64,000 bases of DNA from positions 1,616 to 65,615 of the forward strand of contig JANZYW010000001.1 in NCBI GenBank assembly GCA_026413325.1. Reading direction: 5' to 3'. The DNA comes from Bacteroidia bacterium (GTDB taxonomy: Bacteria > Bacteroidota > Bacteroidia > SpSt-205). Position numbers and translations under genes: made by a program. Shown piece by piece: positions 1-10,294 of the stretch (position 1 is the first letter of the stretch; every line of letters begins with the position of its first letter). Under the pieces are notes generated by a model. That model made no database searches, was not told where the DNA came from, and worked only from the letters and a program-made list of their open reading frames with translations.

Positions 1-1
1 G

Positions 2-2023
2 CTGAGTTGGGTAGCATACGAGATGGAAGGACCTGTGATTTGGCGATGGGAACCCTCTGAACGAAAATACTATCGGCTGTCTCCTGGACTGCGCGCTATA
101 CAGAGCATTTCCTGGCAAGACGAAAAGTCTCTCCTTCTCTCGGCTCTAAGTGACGAAGGGAAAGTAGCCGCCTACACGCTTACCTTCCCACAAGGAATTC
201 TACGCAAAATAGGTGAACTCGAAGGGGATATTCTCACCCCTCAGTTCCTTCATGGTGAGATATGGGCCTCTTGGCAGCCGGACACCAGTCAGACCCGTTC
301 TCTATCTGTCCTTTGGGAGCCCCCTCAACCAGTAGTTTATCGAGGTGGGAAGTGGGAACCCCTCTCTTTTTCTGCTTATTATGCGATAGGAGGAGGGTGG
401 ATAGAAGGGGACTCCGTCTGCATCTCGCTTTCAGATGCGACAGGGTACGGATGGCCGTGGATATTTCAGCGGGATACTTCCTTCCCCAGCGCTTGGGGGA
501 TTCCAGGGCTTCATCGATGGATAGGCCAAACGCAGGATAAAGCGTACTTCCTGTACTACCGAGGGGGGCGTCTTCGACTGGGCTCCGTCGCATTGGCATT
601 TCTCCAACAGCCAGGGGCTGTTTTTCCTTCTCTTTTCGCCGCTGAGGTGATCCAGTACCGATTACAGCGGAAAGCCTCTCATCAAGGAATGTACCGCATA
701 AAAGTTCCTTCTATCCCCTCTAAACGGGATAGTGTCCCAACCGATACGCCTCGTACTCAGCGCCAGCCCTTTTATCTATTTGATGAGGAGGTTTCTCGAC
801 CTATCCGTCGTCGTCGACCACGCCCCTCTTCCGAGTCGTTATCTGATCGACCTTCTTCATTTTCCCTGCCCGCCATACAGCCTCAGGGAGCCATCCCTTA
901 CCACTGGCTTCTGTGGGACATCCAGATGGAACCTATTCTGCACCCCCTCATGCGATTAGGATGGTCTATTCAAGCTACAGCTCGAGATATGCACGCAGAT
1001 CATGAATGGTATTTTCTGTGGACGCCTTATGTGGACCTTCGCAGCTCGGAACTAAGCCTTCGATATACTCGGTACCGGAATAGATGGCAGCCCACAGCAG
1101 AGCTCACGAAACAAAGTCACTTTTTTCCTAATCGCAGATATGGCCGCACCCTCCGGAACAATACCTGGTATGGAAAAGCCGGGATTCGATATGTCTTTTC
1201 CCAGCAGTTGTATGCAGAACTCGCTATGCAGGGCCTACAAGCCGATCGATATGACATGCAGGGTACAGATGACCGAGACCTATCGGCGTCAGCACACTGG
1301 CTCGGAGGGAGCTTTCAGCTGCGATATGCAAACCTCCTCTACAGAGAAAGGCTTCCCTGGATAGGCTGGAAAGCTCACCTTCGAGTAGAAGGATATCGAG
1401 CGGGTGCTACATGGGGATTCCCTCTCGTTTTTTTCCAAGCAGAACGATTCCAACCTGTAGGCAGGCTCTTTGTTCTTCACGTACGGGGGATCAGTGCGGG
1501 AGGAGGCAATAGGGGAAGGTATTTCTTCTTGGGTGGGATACCAGACTGGATTAACTACGATTTTCAGAATCGCTCTCAAGTACCTACCTTGGGGGAGACA
1601 GGGGGCTATTTCTTGAATCAGTACATTTCTTTTCCAGGATTTCCCTACCAAGCCCGCCGAGGGAAGAATCTGCTTTTAGGGTCCATCACCGCTCGGATTC
1701 CTCTTCTTGCTTGGCGAAAAGATACGGTTCTGCCCACTCGGCTGCTCTATGGCTTCGAATGGCAGGTTGGCTACTTCGTGGGAACAACCTGGACGACGGG
1801 AAACCCTTTTTCTCAAAAGAATCCCATCGATGCGGAATATATCTTCCGACCTCCCTTGGTTATCTCCGTACAGACCCTCAAAAGTCCTTTCCTTATGAGT
1901 ATAGGTACCGGCATCCGATTTTATATCATGCGGCTACCAATCGGTCTGGAGACTTACTGGCCCGTAGAAGAAGGACGTATCGGCTCTGCTCGCCTGCTGG
2001 TCAGCTTCAGAAAAGACTTGTAG
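2..2023 (+). CDS. Omp85/BamA-family outer-membrane beta-barrel protein, 5'-truncated at the window edge (the reading frame is open back to base 2).
   Basis: The C-terminal third has Gly/aromatic-rich alternating beta-strand motifs typical of the Omp85/D15 surface-antigen barrel (GGGNRGRYFFLGG, GTGIRFYIMRLPIGLETYWPV). The large N-terminal part has no motif I recognise. No in-frame stop occurs before position 23. Confidence 0.45.
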   Translation: MSWVAYEMEGPVIWRWEPSERKYYRLSPGLRAIQSISWQDEKSLLLSALSDEGKVAAYTLTFPQGILRKIGELEGDILTPQFLHGEIWASWQPDTSQTRSLSVLWEPPQPVVYRGGKWEPLSFSAYYAIGGGWIEGDSVCISLSDATGYGWPWIFQRDTSFPSAWGIPGLHRWIGQTQDKAYFLYYRGGRLRLGSVALAFLQQPGAVFPSLFAAEVIQYRLQRKASHQGMYRIKVPSIPSKRDSVPTDTPRTQRQPFYLFDEEVSRPIRRRRPRPSSESLSDRPSSFSLPAIQPQGAIPYHWLLWDIQMEPILHPLMRLGWSIQATARDMHADHEWYFLWTPYVDLRSSELSLRYTRYRNRWQPTAELTKQSHFFPNRRYGRTLRNNTWYGKAGIRYVFSQQLYAELAMQGLQADRYDMQGTDDRDLSASAHWLGGSFQLRYANLLYRERLPWIGWKAHLRVEGYRAGATWGFPLVFFQAERFQPVGRLFVLHVRGISAGGGNRGRYFFLGGIPDWINYDFQNRSQVPTLGETGGYFLNQYISFPGFPYQARRGKNLLLGSITARIPLLAWRKDTVLPTRLLYGFEWQVGYFVGTTWTTGNPFSQKNPIDAEYIFRPPLVISVQTLKSPFLMSIGTGIRFYIMRLPIGLETYWPVEEGRIGSARLLVSFRKDL

Positions 2024-2092
2024 AAAGCAGCCCTATTCCCCCATTTTATATCCAAAATACCGAAGTCCACCGTTTGCCGTACCTTAGTAGAG

Positions 2093-5000
2093 ATGTCTGG
2101 GACAAACCAACTTCGTGTGGTAAGCATCATCCTCTTGCTCTTACTGGGGGGAGGTGGAATCGTCTGGGGCATTTGGATCCATAGAAAATCGGAGGAGTTT
2201 TATGCGGCACGAGCCCGTCTTCGAGCCGCGGAAATGGCTCTCCTCCGATTAGAGATGGCAGTTTGGATACAGGAAGTCCGACTGCGCTCCGCTCTCTTAG
2301 AACGCATTTCTGGCCAGGCTCTACCCTCTCTTCTTCTCCGCCAATCAAACCTCAAAGAAGCTCTCAAAAATGTGGAAAGTAGCTCTCGTGCACTCGGACA
2401 TCCCCTACCCCCTTTACGTGAGCTGATAGAAAGAGTTCTTCTCTTAGAAAAACGCCACATAGGCTGGCGCAGAGCTTTAGAAAAAAGCGAACGAAAGGAA
2501 GAATATCTCCCAGTCTTCGAACAGTATTATGCCGAAGGACCTGGACTGCTTTCTGGCGTAGATGCTGAGATTCAACGATTTAGCCGACTATTACAAGAAA
2601 AGGTACAGGCCCAAGAGACTTCACACAAACAAAGTCTCCATACACTTCAGCTCATCGGTATAGGCAGCATCGGAGGCTATCTCCTCCTGTCTATCCTTCT
2701 CGTGCTACTCATAGGCAGGAAGGAAAAACATCTCTTGAGAGAAATAGGAAATGCTGCTGGAAAAGGAGAACCGCTCCCTCTCCAACCGGGACCTCTGTAC
2801 CCACTCATACAAGCTTACAATCAACTCCTCCATCGGTGGAACTCTCTCCTGGCTGTAACCGAAGCACTCGCTGAAAAAAGAAGCAACATCGCCTGGTCAG
2901 AGGTTCGAACCATTCTCGGTCCTCCTGCTTCTTATTTGGAACACCTCGCCCAGGAAAATACCCGACAAGAAGAGCTCTTACAGCAGCATGTGGAGGAGAA
3001 ACGTAAGTTACACCAGCAGCTCCAGGCGATGGAGAAGCTGTTCAGCGAGCAGATAGAAGCACTTCGTCTGGAAATAGGAGCCCTTCAAAATCTCATACCT
3101 CTCGCTGAAACAAACCCAGAGGGAGAGATCCTCTCCAAGAATGACCTCTTCGTAAAAATCCCCCACGCTCAAAACTGGAAGAATATCCGAGATATCAGTG
3201 GAGAGCTCCTTTCTCTGATACAATCCACCAAACCCAGCCAGGGAGTGTTACACACTCCGAATGGGTCTTTTCTCTATTTTTACCTTCCCTATCGAAAGGG
3301 GCGGGAGGAGAAAGGCCTTTTCTCCCTCATCTCGATCGGAGAACTAACCCAGAAGGTACACCAGCTGGAGAAAGCATTGGGAGCTGCCCAGCACCAGCTT
3401 GCGGAAACCGAGGCGACCCTCACTCGGCTCCGTCAGCAGTACAGTGGTCTGGGGGCTCAATACACCCAAGAAGTAGAACGGCTTCTCCGCCAGCGACAGA
3501 GTCTCCAAACACTTCTCAAGATTCCTGCCCTCCAGAAAGGAGATGTTATCGAGGGATTGGCAGCTATCTGCGAAGTCGCAGCTACTTTGGACGCCGATGC
3601 CCGCTACAGTTTCTGGGTATTTGGAGAAAACCAGGACACCTTACACTGCCTCGAAGCATACGACCCTACCCTACTCACCCACTCTAATAGCGTAGACCTT
3701 CCCTCTGAAGCGGCCCGCTGGGTGCGCGAACGCTTAGACCCTGCCACCCCTGGCCCACATGTACCAGAGCCCTCCGCCCTCCAAGCGTATTTAGCTGAGC
3801 GGCAAAGCCAGTCGCTTTGGATGTTTCCCCTTTATCTTGATGACGAAATAGCAGGGGCATTTTTCGTCGAGCGGCTTTCTCCTTTGCCCCTCTCAGATAC
3901 AGAGTACCCTGCCCTCCTGGGCAGGATCGCCTCTCTCCTTCTCCAACAAGGGCATCGCAAGCTAATAGAACAAGAACTGCTCTCCTACCTCGAACAAGCA
4001 CAAGCGCTGGAAGAAGAGCTGAGACAGAACATAGAAGAGCTCGAAGCCTCTGCGGAAGAAATGCGCCGAACGCAAGCAGAGCTTCGAGGGCAAATTACCG
4101 CCATCAATGCAGCCGCGCTCGTCGCAGAAATGAATCCGGAAGGACGCCTTATTTACGTCAATGAGGCTTTCCTACGTTTATTTGGTCACGCAGCAGAGGA
4201 ACTGATAGGAGCCCCCTATGCCAAGCTTCGCCGGCCAGAGGAAGCTTCTATAGTGGAGAAACTCTTCGAGCGACTCCGAGCTGGGGAGACCTGGCAAGAG
4301 GTCGTCTCCTATCTCAACCGCTACAATGAAGAGATATGGCTTCAGCAAACCATCACTCCCGTCCGACAGTCCGACGGAGACATCTACAAGTTCATTCTCG
4401 TAGCCTTCGATATAACCCTCCAGAAACAACAAGAGACAGAAATACAAAGCGCCCTTCTCCTGGCTCGAGAACAAGAGCAACTCCTCAGAGAAAACACAGA
4501 AGAGCTAAAACGAAGCAACGAAAACTATCGGGTATCTCAGCTTCAGCTCTCTGCTCAGCTTGAAGCCCTCAATAATGCAGCCTGGCTTTTCGAAACAGAC
4601 GGAGAAGGAAAGCTTACCTATGCAAGTCAGAGCCTCTTAGAAGCCCTGGGATATACCCACGAAAAGCTTCTGCACGCTCATTACGGCGCCCTCTTCTCGG
4701 AAAGACAACCCATTGCTGTCTTACAAGGTCACTGGCGCAGCATGCAGTCTGGACAAATCTGGAAATCTGAAGTAGAACTGCGCGGGAGCGTAGGACAAAC
4801 ATACTGGGCTATTATGTCCAGTACGCCCATCATCGATAAGTCACGCACTGAACGAAAGGGGCATATTCTCAAGACAGTGAATGTCCTTTTTGACATTACT
4901 GAGCAGAAAGAACAGGAATTCCGTCTTAAGGAACAGCAGAATGCCCTTTCGACCTTGGCAGCGCACCCCGCTCTCCGAGAGGGAGATACAGAGAAAGCCT

Positions 5001-6289
5001 TTCAAGTCATCGCCGAGGTGGCCTTACAAACCCTCAAAGCCTATCGCGTTAGCCTCTGGCTCTATCAAGAGCCAGACCAGGCTCGGTGTGTCGCAGTAGC
5101 AGAAAAAGAAGCACACTCTCATACAGTAGGCACCGTAACAAACCGTTCTCTCTATCCCCTTTACTTTCAAAGCCTGGAACGAGAACAGGTCATCGCCGTG
5201 GTAGACGCTCTCTCTGACCTCCGCACTCGAGAGCTGGCCCTCCCTCTCTTCAAACCCAACAATGTAACAAGCGTACTGGATGGCATCATTCGCGTGGGAG
5301 CTAAAACCGCAGGCTTGATCAGTGTGGAACATCGATATACCCGCAGGGAATGGCGGCTGGACGAAGTCAACTTCGTTCGAGCCCTCACCTCCTCCGCCGC
5401 TTCTGTAATCGAAGAGGAGCAGCAGGCTTACGCCCGTCGTCTTCAAGAAGCGTATAAACAGTTAGAGCAGCAAAAGCAGGAGCTGGAAGAGGCTATGCGA
5501 GACATTCGAGAGAGCATCCGATACGCCAAGCGAATGCAGAAAAACATTCTACCCACGGATAGCCTTCTGGAAAAATACCTCGGAAAAGACAACTACTTCA
5601 TTATCTGGCGCCCGAGAGATCGAAACGGGGTGGGAGGAGACTTTTACTGGTTTAGTGATGCAGGAGAAGCCTACTTCATCGTGGTAGCAGATGGCACCGG
5701 GCATGGCGTTCCCGGGGCTTTCATGACCCTTATTGGAAGCATCCTTCTTGATCAGATTATCAATAAAAGTCGTATCTACTCTCCAGCTCAGATACTCCAT
5801 GACCTCCATATCGGCGTACGTCAAGTGCTGCGACAGGACATCGAAGGCGATGAAACTCCTTCTCGCGATGGAATGGATATCGCTCTGGTGTGTTATTATC
5901 CCAAAACCTATCGACTCCTCTATGCAGGAGCGAACCTACCCCTCTACTACACCCAAGGTACAGAGCTCAAGGAAATAAAACCTGACAAAAAGGCCATCGG
6001 CGGCGAGCAGCTGGAAGAAGAACGCTTCTTCACAGAACACGAAGTGCAGTTAGAGCCAGGAGATACATTCTTTCTCTTTACCGATGGCGTGGTAGATCAA
6101 TCAGGCGGCCCGGCAGGGAAACGCTTCGGAACCAAGCAGTTGAAGGAATTCATTCTCGAGACCTTCCATGAGCCCTCCATGCCCCGTAGGAGAGCCTTAT
6201 TCAACATTCGATGGAAAGAATGGAAAGACTACGCAGGGGAGGGAGAACAAATAGATGATGTAACGATGTGGGGAATCCGGCTGTGGTAA
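2093..6289 (+). CDS. Membrane-anchored multi-sensor protein-serine phosphatase. Domain order is an N-terminal TM helix, long coiled coils, two or three PAS domains, a GAF domain, then a C-terminal SpoIIE/RsbU-type PP2C phosphatase.
   Basis: N-terminal hydrophobic helix (IILLLLLGGGGIVWGIWI). Heptad-rich Leu/Gln/Glu segments. PAS-like blocks (EGRLIYVNEAFLRLFGHAAEELIG; GKLTYASQSLLEALGYTHEKLL). The C-terminus carries PP2C/SpoIIE signatures (GGDFYWF, VVADGTGHGVPGAFMT, DGMDIALV, FLFTDGVVDQ). Confidence 0.8.
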   Translation: MSGTNQLRVVSIILLLLLGGGGIVWGIWIHRKSEEFYAARARLRAAEMALLRLEMAVWIQEVRLRSALLERISGQALPSLLLRQSNLKEALKNVESSSRALGHPLPPLRELIERVLLLEKRHIGWRRALEKSERKEEYLPVFEQYYAEGPGLLSGVDAEIQRFSRLLQEKVQAQETSHKQSLHTLQLIGIGSIGGYLLLSILLVLLIGRKEKHLLREIGNAAGKGEPLPLQPGPLYPLIQAYNQLLHRWNSLLAVTEALAEKRSNIAWSEVRTILGPPASYLEHLAQENTRQEELLQQHVEEKRKLHQQLQAMEKLFSEQIEALRLEIGALQNLIPLAETNPEGEILSKNDLFVKIPHAQNWKNIRDISGELLSLIQSTKPSQGVLHTPNGSFLYFYLPYRKGREEKGLFSLISIGELTQKVHQLEKALGAAQHQLAETEATLTRLRQQYSGLGAQYTQEVERLLRQRQSLQTLLKIPALQKGDVIEGLAAICEVAATLDADARYSFWVFGENQDTLHCLEAYDPTLLTHSNSVDLPSEAARWVRERLDPATPGPHVPEPSALQAYLAERQSQSLWMFPLYLDDEIAGAFFVERLSPLPLSDTEYPALLGRIASLLLQQGHRKLIEQELLSYLEQAQALEEELRQNIEELEASAEEMRRTQAELRGQITAINAAALVAEMNPEGRLIYVNEAFLRLFGHAAEELIGAPYAKLRRPEEASIVEKLFERLRAGETWQEVVSYLNRYNEEIWLQQTITPVRQSDGDIYKFILVAFDITLQKQQETEIQSALLLAREQEQLLRENTEELKRSNENYRVSQLQLSAQLEALNNAAWLFETDGEGKLTYASQSLLEALGYTHEKLLHAHYGALFSERQPIAVLQGHWRSMQSGQIWKSEVELRGSVGQTYWAIMSSTPIIDKSRTERKGHILKTVNVLFDITEQKEQEFRLKEQQNALSTLAAHPALREGDTEKAFQVIAEVALQTLKAYRVSLWLYQEPDQARCVAVAEKEAHSHTVGTVTNRSLYPLYFQSLEREQVIAVVDALSDLRTRELALPLFKPNNVTSVLDGIIRVGAKTAGLISVEHRYTRREWRLDEVNFVRALTSSAASVIEEEQQAYARRLQEAYKQLEQQKQELEEAMRDIRESIRYAKRMQKNILPTDSLLEKYLGKDNYFIIWRPRDRNGVGGDFYWFSDAGEAYFIVVADGTGHGVPGAFMTLIGSILLDQIINKSRIYSPAQILHDLHIGVRQVLRQDIEGDETPSRDGMDIALVCYYPKTYRLLYAGANLPLYYTQGTELKEIKPDKKAIGGEQLEEERFFTEHEVQLEPGDTFFLFTDGVVDQSGGPAGKRFGTKQLKEFILETFHEPSMPRRRALFNIRWKEWKDYAGEGEQIDDVTMWGIRLW

Positions 6290-6804
6290 TGCACTGGATA
6301 GGCATAGACATCGGCTCACAAGCCGTAGGCTGGGCGGTAGTCCAGCTAATGCCAGCCGGCCGCTTCTTTCTCCACTCTTGTGAAGCCATCGACCTGGGCA
6401 AGGCTCCTCTGGAAAATCGGCTGTCCACCCTTCATACCTGGCTCCTCGACCACCTCAAAAACTGGCCTACCGTCACCTCCGTTGCCATAGAAGAACCCTT
6501 TGTAGGAAAAAGCATTCGAAGTGCCCTCACCTTAGGTACTGTAAAAGGACTCGTGTGGAGCCTTCTCCTCTCTCAAGGCAAGCCCCCCCCTCATCGATTG
6601 GCAGCCGTCCAGGTAAAGAAAGCCATCACAGGCCGCCCTCACGCCGATAAAACACAAGTCGCCGCTATGCTCCAGCACTACCTTGTTTCAGCTGAGCTTC
6701 CCCAAAATCCCCACGCCACAGATGCCATCGCAATCGCTATCGCAGCCGCCCTTGCTCAGAACTCTCCTATCAGTCGGAGATTAAAAAGTCGCGCCGAGAG
6801 ATAG
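6289..6804 (+). CDS. ruvC: Holliday-junction resolvase RuvC.
   Basis: MHWIGIDIGSQAVGWAVV matches the RuvC N-terminus including the catalytic Asp. The acidic residues in VAIEEPF and HATDAIAIAIAAAL are conserved. The ORF track starts at GTG 6268, but the ATG at 6289 fits the family N-terminus. It overlaps the upstream stop codon by 1 nt. Confidence 0.85.
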   Translation: MHWIGIDIGSQAVGWAVVQLMPAGRFFLHSCEAIDLGKAPLENRLSTLHTWLLDHLKNWPTVTSVAIEEPFVGKSIRSALTLGTVKGLVWSLLLSQGKPPPHRLAAVQVKKAITGRPHADKTQVAAMLQHYLVSAELPQNPHATDAIAIAIAAALAQNSPISRRLKSRAER

Positions 6805-9218
6805 TTCGGAACTGCCCATCGAACTCCATACACATCCGCAATCCACTGATAACTTACCACATTATACCGCTGAAATAGATTGAAAACATCAACCCCCACC
6901 CACAAGGACCGACAATATCGCCACTCTATAGGAAAATACCGACTCAACCCCAAGTCAACTCGATTGTAAAAGGGCATTTGGAAAACAGTTCGCGCTTCTA
7001 ATCGACGAGGCACACCAAAAGGAGCCCCTGTCGCAAATACGAACTGCAAGGTGAGCTTATACAAGGGATTAGTAGGAAGTTCATCTTGAAGGTAAAAAGC
7101 GAAACTGAGACGCTGATCGCTCGGACGACGTACCCACCTTCCGCCAGGAAGCTGCTCCTGCGTCGATAACAAGCCCAAAGCAAACCAGGAGTCTACCCCC
7201 GCTAAAAATTCTCCATTCAGCCGCATATCTATACCATAGGCATAGCCTCGAGCCAGATTCGCTCCGTAATACCGAAGCCGCACATTTTCTATCTCATACG
7301 GAATAAGATCCCAGAGTGCCTTGTAATAGAGTTCAAAGAAGTAACGAAAGGGTCTGTTCCATAAAGAAAAACGATGGTCTACTCCACCCACCACCTGGAC
7401 ACTCTGCTGAGCTCGAAGGGTGGGAATCAACCGATAGTCAATCGCCCGCAGCTCCCGGTAAAAAGGCGGCTGCCCATAATGGCCAATCCCCACTCTGTAT
7501 TGGGTCCGCTCTGTTGGCTGATACAGCACTTGGAACCGAGGACTGATAAGCCACTGCCGATTCACAGCACTAAAATGAAAACGGACACCCCCCTCCACCC
7601 GCCACTGTCCCCATCGAAACCCTTGCTGAAAGAACCCCAATACTCTACGATTAGAAAGCCCCTGGTCCCAAAAATAGCGCTCATCCATCTTTACATAATC
7701 CGCAGAATCTAACGCACTCCATTCATAGACTCTGTCGGTAAAAGACTCTCCCTGGACACGTACCCCCCAAGAAAAACGGTGGCGAAATGTGCTGTCCCAA
7801 AACCAGTCCCCCCGCTGCTCCGCATACACAGCGTGGATGTCAAGGTAGTTGCGAATGCGGCGGATCTGACTTCCAGCCCCCCGAAGCACCGTGATTTCAT
7901 TATAGAGCGAACTGCCTAAACTGGTCTGTACCTCCCCCAGTAGGTAGGCACCCTCCACATCCACGACCTCATCCTCGAGACTACCAAAGTAGCTCATGAG
8001 GTGGGTTAGCCGAAAGTATGGAGAAGGACGCCACGTTACAGCGAATGCCTGCTGCCCCGTCCGATAGCGAAGCTCCTCCGCTCCCATGAAATACAGCTGT
8101 ACTCGAAAGGCGGCATTAATCAGCCCGAAGGTAGCCTCCCCCGTCTGAGGAAAAAGGCGGTACCGATTAATCAGCCCTGTAGCCAGTGCCTCTCCCCGCC
8201 ATCGCTCTCTACCGACGCTATCTTTACGACTCCAACTCAAGTACGCCTGCCCATCATAGAATATAGGCCGGTACTGCCCACGGACAGGTAAACTCTGCAG
8301 AAGGTATCCCATCGCAAAACGGCGTACTCCCACTGTATAATGCACGGCCCCTACCTTCCCACATGTCGCAAACCCTTGTGTAAGCAGCCCAGCTTCCACT
8401 GTAGTCTCGGGACGATCCCTCCGCTTATAGGTAACCTGCAATACAGAAGAAAGCTTATCCCCAAACCGAGCTTCAAACCCCCCCGTACTGAAATATACCT
8501 CTTCTACCAAAAGCGGATTGGTAAACCCAAGACCCTCTTGTTGCCCACTCCGAGCTGAAAAAGGACGATATATCTCGATTTCACCCGCATACACCAGATT
8601 CTCATCAAAGTTTCCACCTCGTACTCTGTACTGAGAAGAAAGCTCACTGGAAGAGAGTGCCCCCATCAAAACCAGTCGACTCTCTATATCAGGCTTGATA
8701 GACGGCATGAAGCGAAGAGCCTCCGTCCGGATCGGAATGGGCTGAAGAAAAGGAGCTCGGGGCAAGTCTGTCGGAGGAGGACGACTGTCTACTATCTGCA
8801 CAGAATCCGTTCGCACTTCTCGCTCAGGCAGCGCCAGAACAAGCGGTGTCGTCGATGCATTTTGAATCCACACTTCTGTTTCGACGGGAGCGGCGCTGAG
8901 ATGGGAGACTCGGATTCGATGCCGCCCCGGCACGAGAGATAAACGCAATTGGCCCAAAGAATCGGTGGTATACTTCTTCCCAGAAAACACAAACATTACT
9001 TGCGCATAGGGAAGAGGGCGATTTTGCGCTGACACCACTCGCAAGCTCAGCACCCCTTCTTGAGCCAAAATACCCCCTCCATAGATACAGAAGAAAATGC
9101 ATCTCCTCCAACTCCCTCCTATACCTCTTTCCCTTACTCCTTTTACCCGCTTTCCAATGAGTCTTTTGATAGGAGAACCATCCATCCCTGTCCCCTCTCC
9201 ATCAGACGCTGTTTTCAC
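6756..9218 (-). CDS. TonB-dependent-receptor-like outer-membrane beta-barrel protein with an N-terminal carboxypeptidase-regulatory-like (CarbopepD_reg) domain.
   Basis: The N-terminal segment (LSLRVVSAQNRPLPYAQVMFVFSGKKYTTDSLGQLRL) resembles the CarboxypepD_reg domain common in Bacteroidetes SusC/TBDR proteins. The body is long and rich in Gly, Tyr, Arg and Phe. The C-terminus ends in an aromatic residue (…LIGEF). Start codon uncertain. Confidence 0.5.
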   Translation of the reverse strand: MKTASDGEGTGMDGSPIKRLIGKRVKGVRERGIGGSWRRCIFFCIYGGGILAQEGVLSLRVVSAQNRPLPYAQVMFVFSGKKYTTDSLGQLRLSLVPGRHRIRVSHLSAAPVETEVWIQNASTTPLVLALPEREVRTDSVQIVDSRPPPTDLPRAPFLQPIPIRTEALRFMPSIKPDIESRLVLMGALSSSELSSQYRVRGGNFDENLVYAGEIEIYRPFSARSGQQEGLGFTNPLLVEEVYFSTGGFEARFGDKLSSVLQVTYKRRDRPETTVEAGLLTQGFATCGKVGAVHYTVGVRRFAMGYLLQSLPVRGQYRPIFYDGQAYLSWSRKDSVGRERWRGEALATGLINRYRLFPQTGEATFGLINAAFRVQLYFMGAEELRYRTGQQAFAVTWRPSPYFRLTHLMSYFGSLEDEVVDVEGAYLLGEVQTSLGSSLYNEITVLRGAGSQIRRIRNYLDIHAVYAEQRGDWFWDSTFRHRFSWGVRVQGESFTDRVYEWSALDSADYVKMDERYFWDQGLSNRRVLGFFQQGFRWGQWRVEGGVRFHFSAVNRQWLISPRFQVLYQPTERTQYRVGIGHYGQPPFYRELRAIDYRLIPTLRAQQSVQVVGGVDHRFSLWNRPFRYFFELYYKALWDLIPYEIENVRLRYYGANLARGYAYGIDMRLNGEFLAGVDSWFALGLLSTQEQLPGGRWVRRPSDQRLSFAFYLQDELPTNPLYKLTLQFVFATGAPFGVPRRLEARTVFQMPFYNRVDLGLSRYFPIEWRYCRSLWVGVDVFNLFQRYNVVSYQWIADVYGVRWAVPNYLSARLFNLRLIGEF

Positions 9219-9313
9219 TCAGTACAAATATGAGTACAGATAAGTAAAAACCCTCCGTGTATGAGGCATAGCTCCACGTAGAAGAAAGTGAATAAAAGCC
9301 ATTCGGGACGATA

Positions 9314-9338
9314 AGCGGAAACGAAGGAAGCTTCCGCT
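9314..9338 (-). terminator. Candidate hairpin downstream of the TauE-family gene: a 7-bp stem (AGCGGAA/TTCCGCT) around a palindromic GGAAGCTTCC core.
   Basis: Inverted repeat seen directly in the sequence. A T-rich stretch follows on the minus strand a few nucleotides later (ggcttttattcactttcttct). The match to a terminator is weak. Confidence 0.25.
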
Positions 9339-9420
9339 GAATGAACCTCACTTTCTGCGGGATGAAGCCTATGCGCTGGGTGGAAGAGAGGCTTCTTATC
9401 TCCTTTGTAATAGGGTTTGG

Positions 9421-10236
9421 TTACTTCCTGACCAGCAGGATAATGCCTATGATGAATATAACCGTAGAAAATAACCGAGCCAGATGAGCTCCGGCTATTT
9501 GTTGTGCGAAGCGGGAAGAGATCGCACTTCCTATCAAAAGCCCAGCAGCCACTGCTAAACCCGTCCATGGCTCTATATTGCCTTTCTCCCAGTAAGGTAT
9601 GACTGCCATGAAACTAACGGGAAGGGTCATTGTGAGCAAGCTGGTTCCTTGGGCAGTATGCTGATCCAGTCGTCCAAGCCATATCAAAAGAGGAACAATG
9701 ACTACTCCTCCTCCCAGTCCAGTCAATCCTTTTAGAGCACCTGCAATCATGCCGATAGCCAGCCCTAAGAAGACCTTCCCGAAACTTCCTCTTTCCCTCC
9801 CTGCAGAGGAAACCAGAGAAAAGGATCGCCCCGCACGCCAAAACTGCCAAATAGCTGTGCCAATCAGAAAAAAAGCAAATATCTGGGTCAGAAGATCATT
9901 GCGAAGAGCTTGTACCCATCTGGCTGCAAAGAAGCTCGCTATCCCTATCCCCCCAGCCACCCCTAATGCCAATCGCCAATCTACTCGTCCGTGCTTGTAA
10001 TAGTTCCAAGCTGCCCATCCAAAAACAGGAAAAGCAAATGCCAGCAGAGCCGTTCCTTGCGCCACATGCTGCGAATAGCCCAGCAGGAATACAAGCAGGG
10101 GAATTATGATCGTCCCCCCTCCGATACCCACGAGGCCACTCAATAGGCCAGATACCACTCCCAAAAGGAGCCCTACCCCAACATTCTCGATAGTCACCAT
10201 AACCGAAAGCGTTTTATTTATGCAACAATATAACAA
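9421..10236 (-). CDS. TSUP (TauE/SafE) family anion-exporter membrane protein.
   Basis: Two halves each carry the GxGGG motif (LSGLVGIGGGTIIIPLLVFLLG; LKGLTGLGGGVVIVPLLIWLG). The protein is hydrophobic throughout with about 8 TM segments. Confidence 0.75.
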   Translation of the reverse strand: MLYCCINKTLSVMVTIENVGVGLLLGVVSGLLSGLVGIGGGTIIIPLLVFLLGYSQHVAQGTALLAFAFPVFGWAAWNYYKHGRVDWRLALGVAGGIGIASFFAARWVQALRNDLLTQIFAFFLIGTAIWQFWRAGRSFSLVSSAGRERGSFGKVFLGLAIGMIAGALKGLTGLGGGVVIVPLLIWLGRLDQHTAQGTSLLTMTLPVSFMAVIPYWEKGNIEPWTGLAVAAGLLIGSAISSRFAQQIAGAHLARLFSTVIFIIGIILLVRK

Positions 10237-10294
10237 AAAGGAGGGGAGAATAGTCTTCTCCCCTCCTCAAAAACCCTGATGAAAGCAGGGGACC

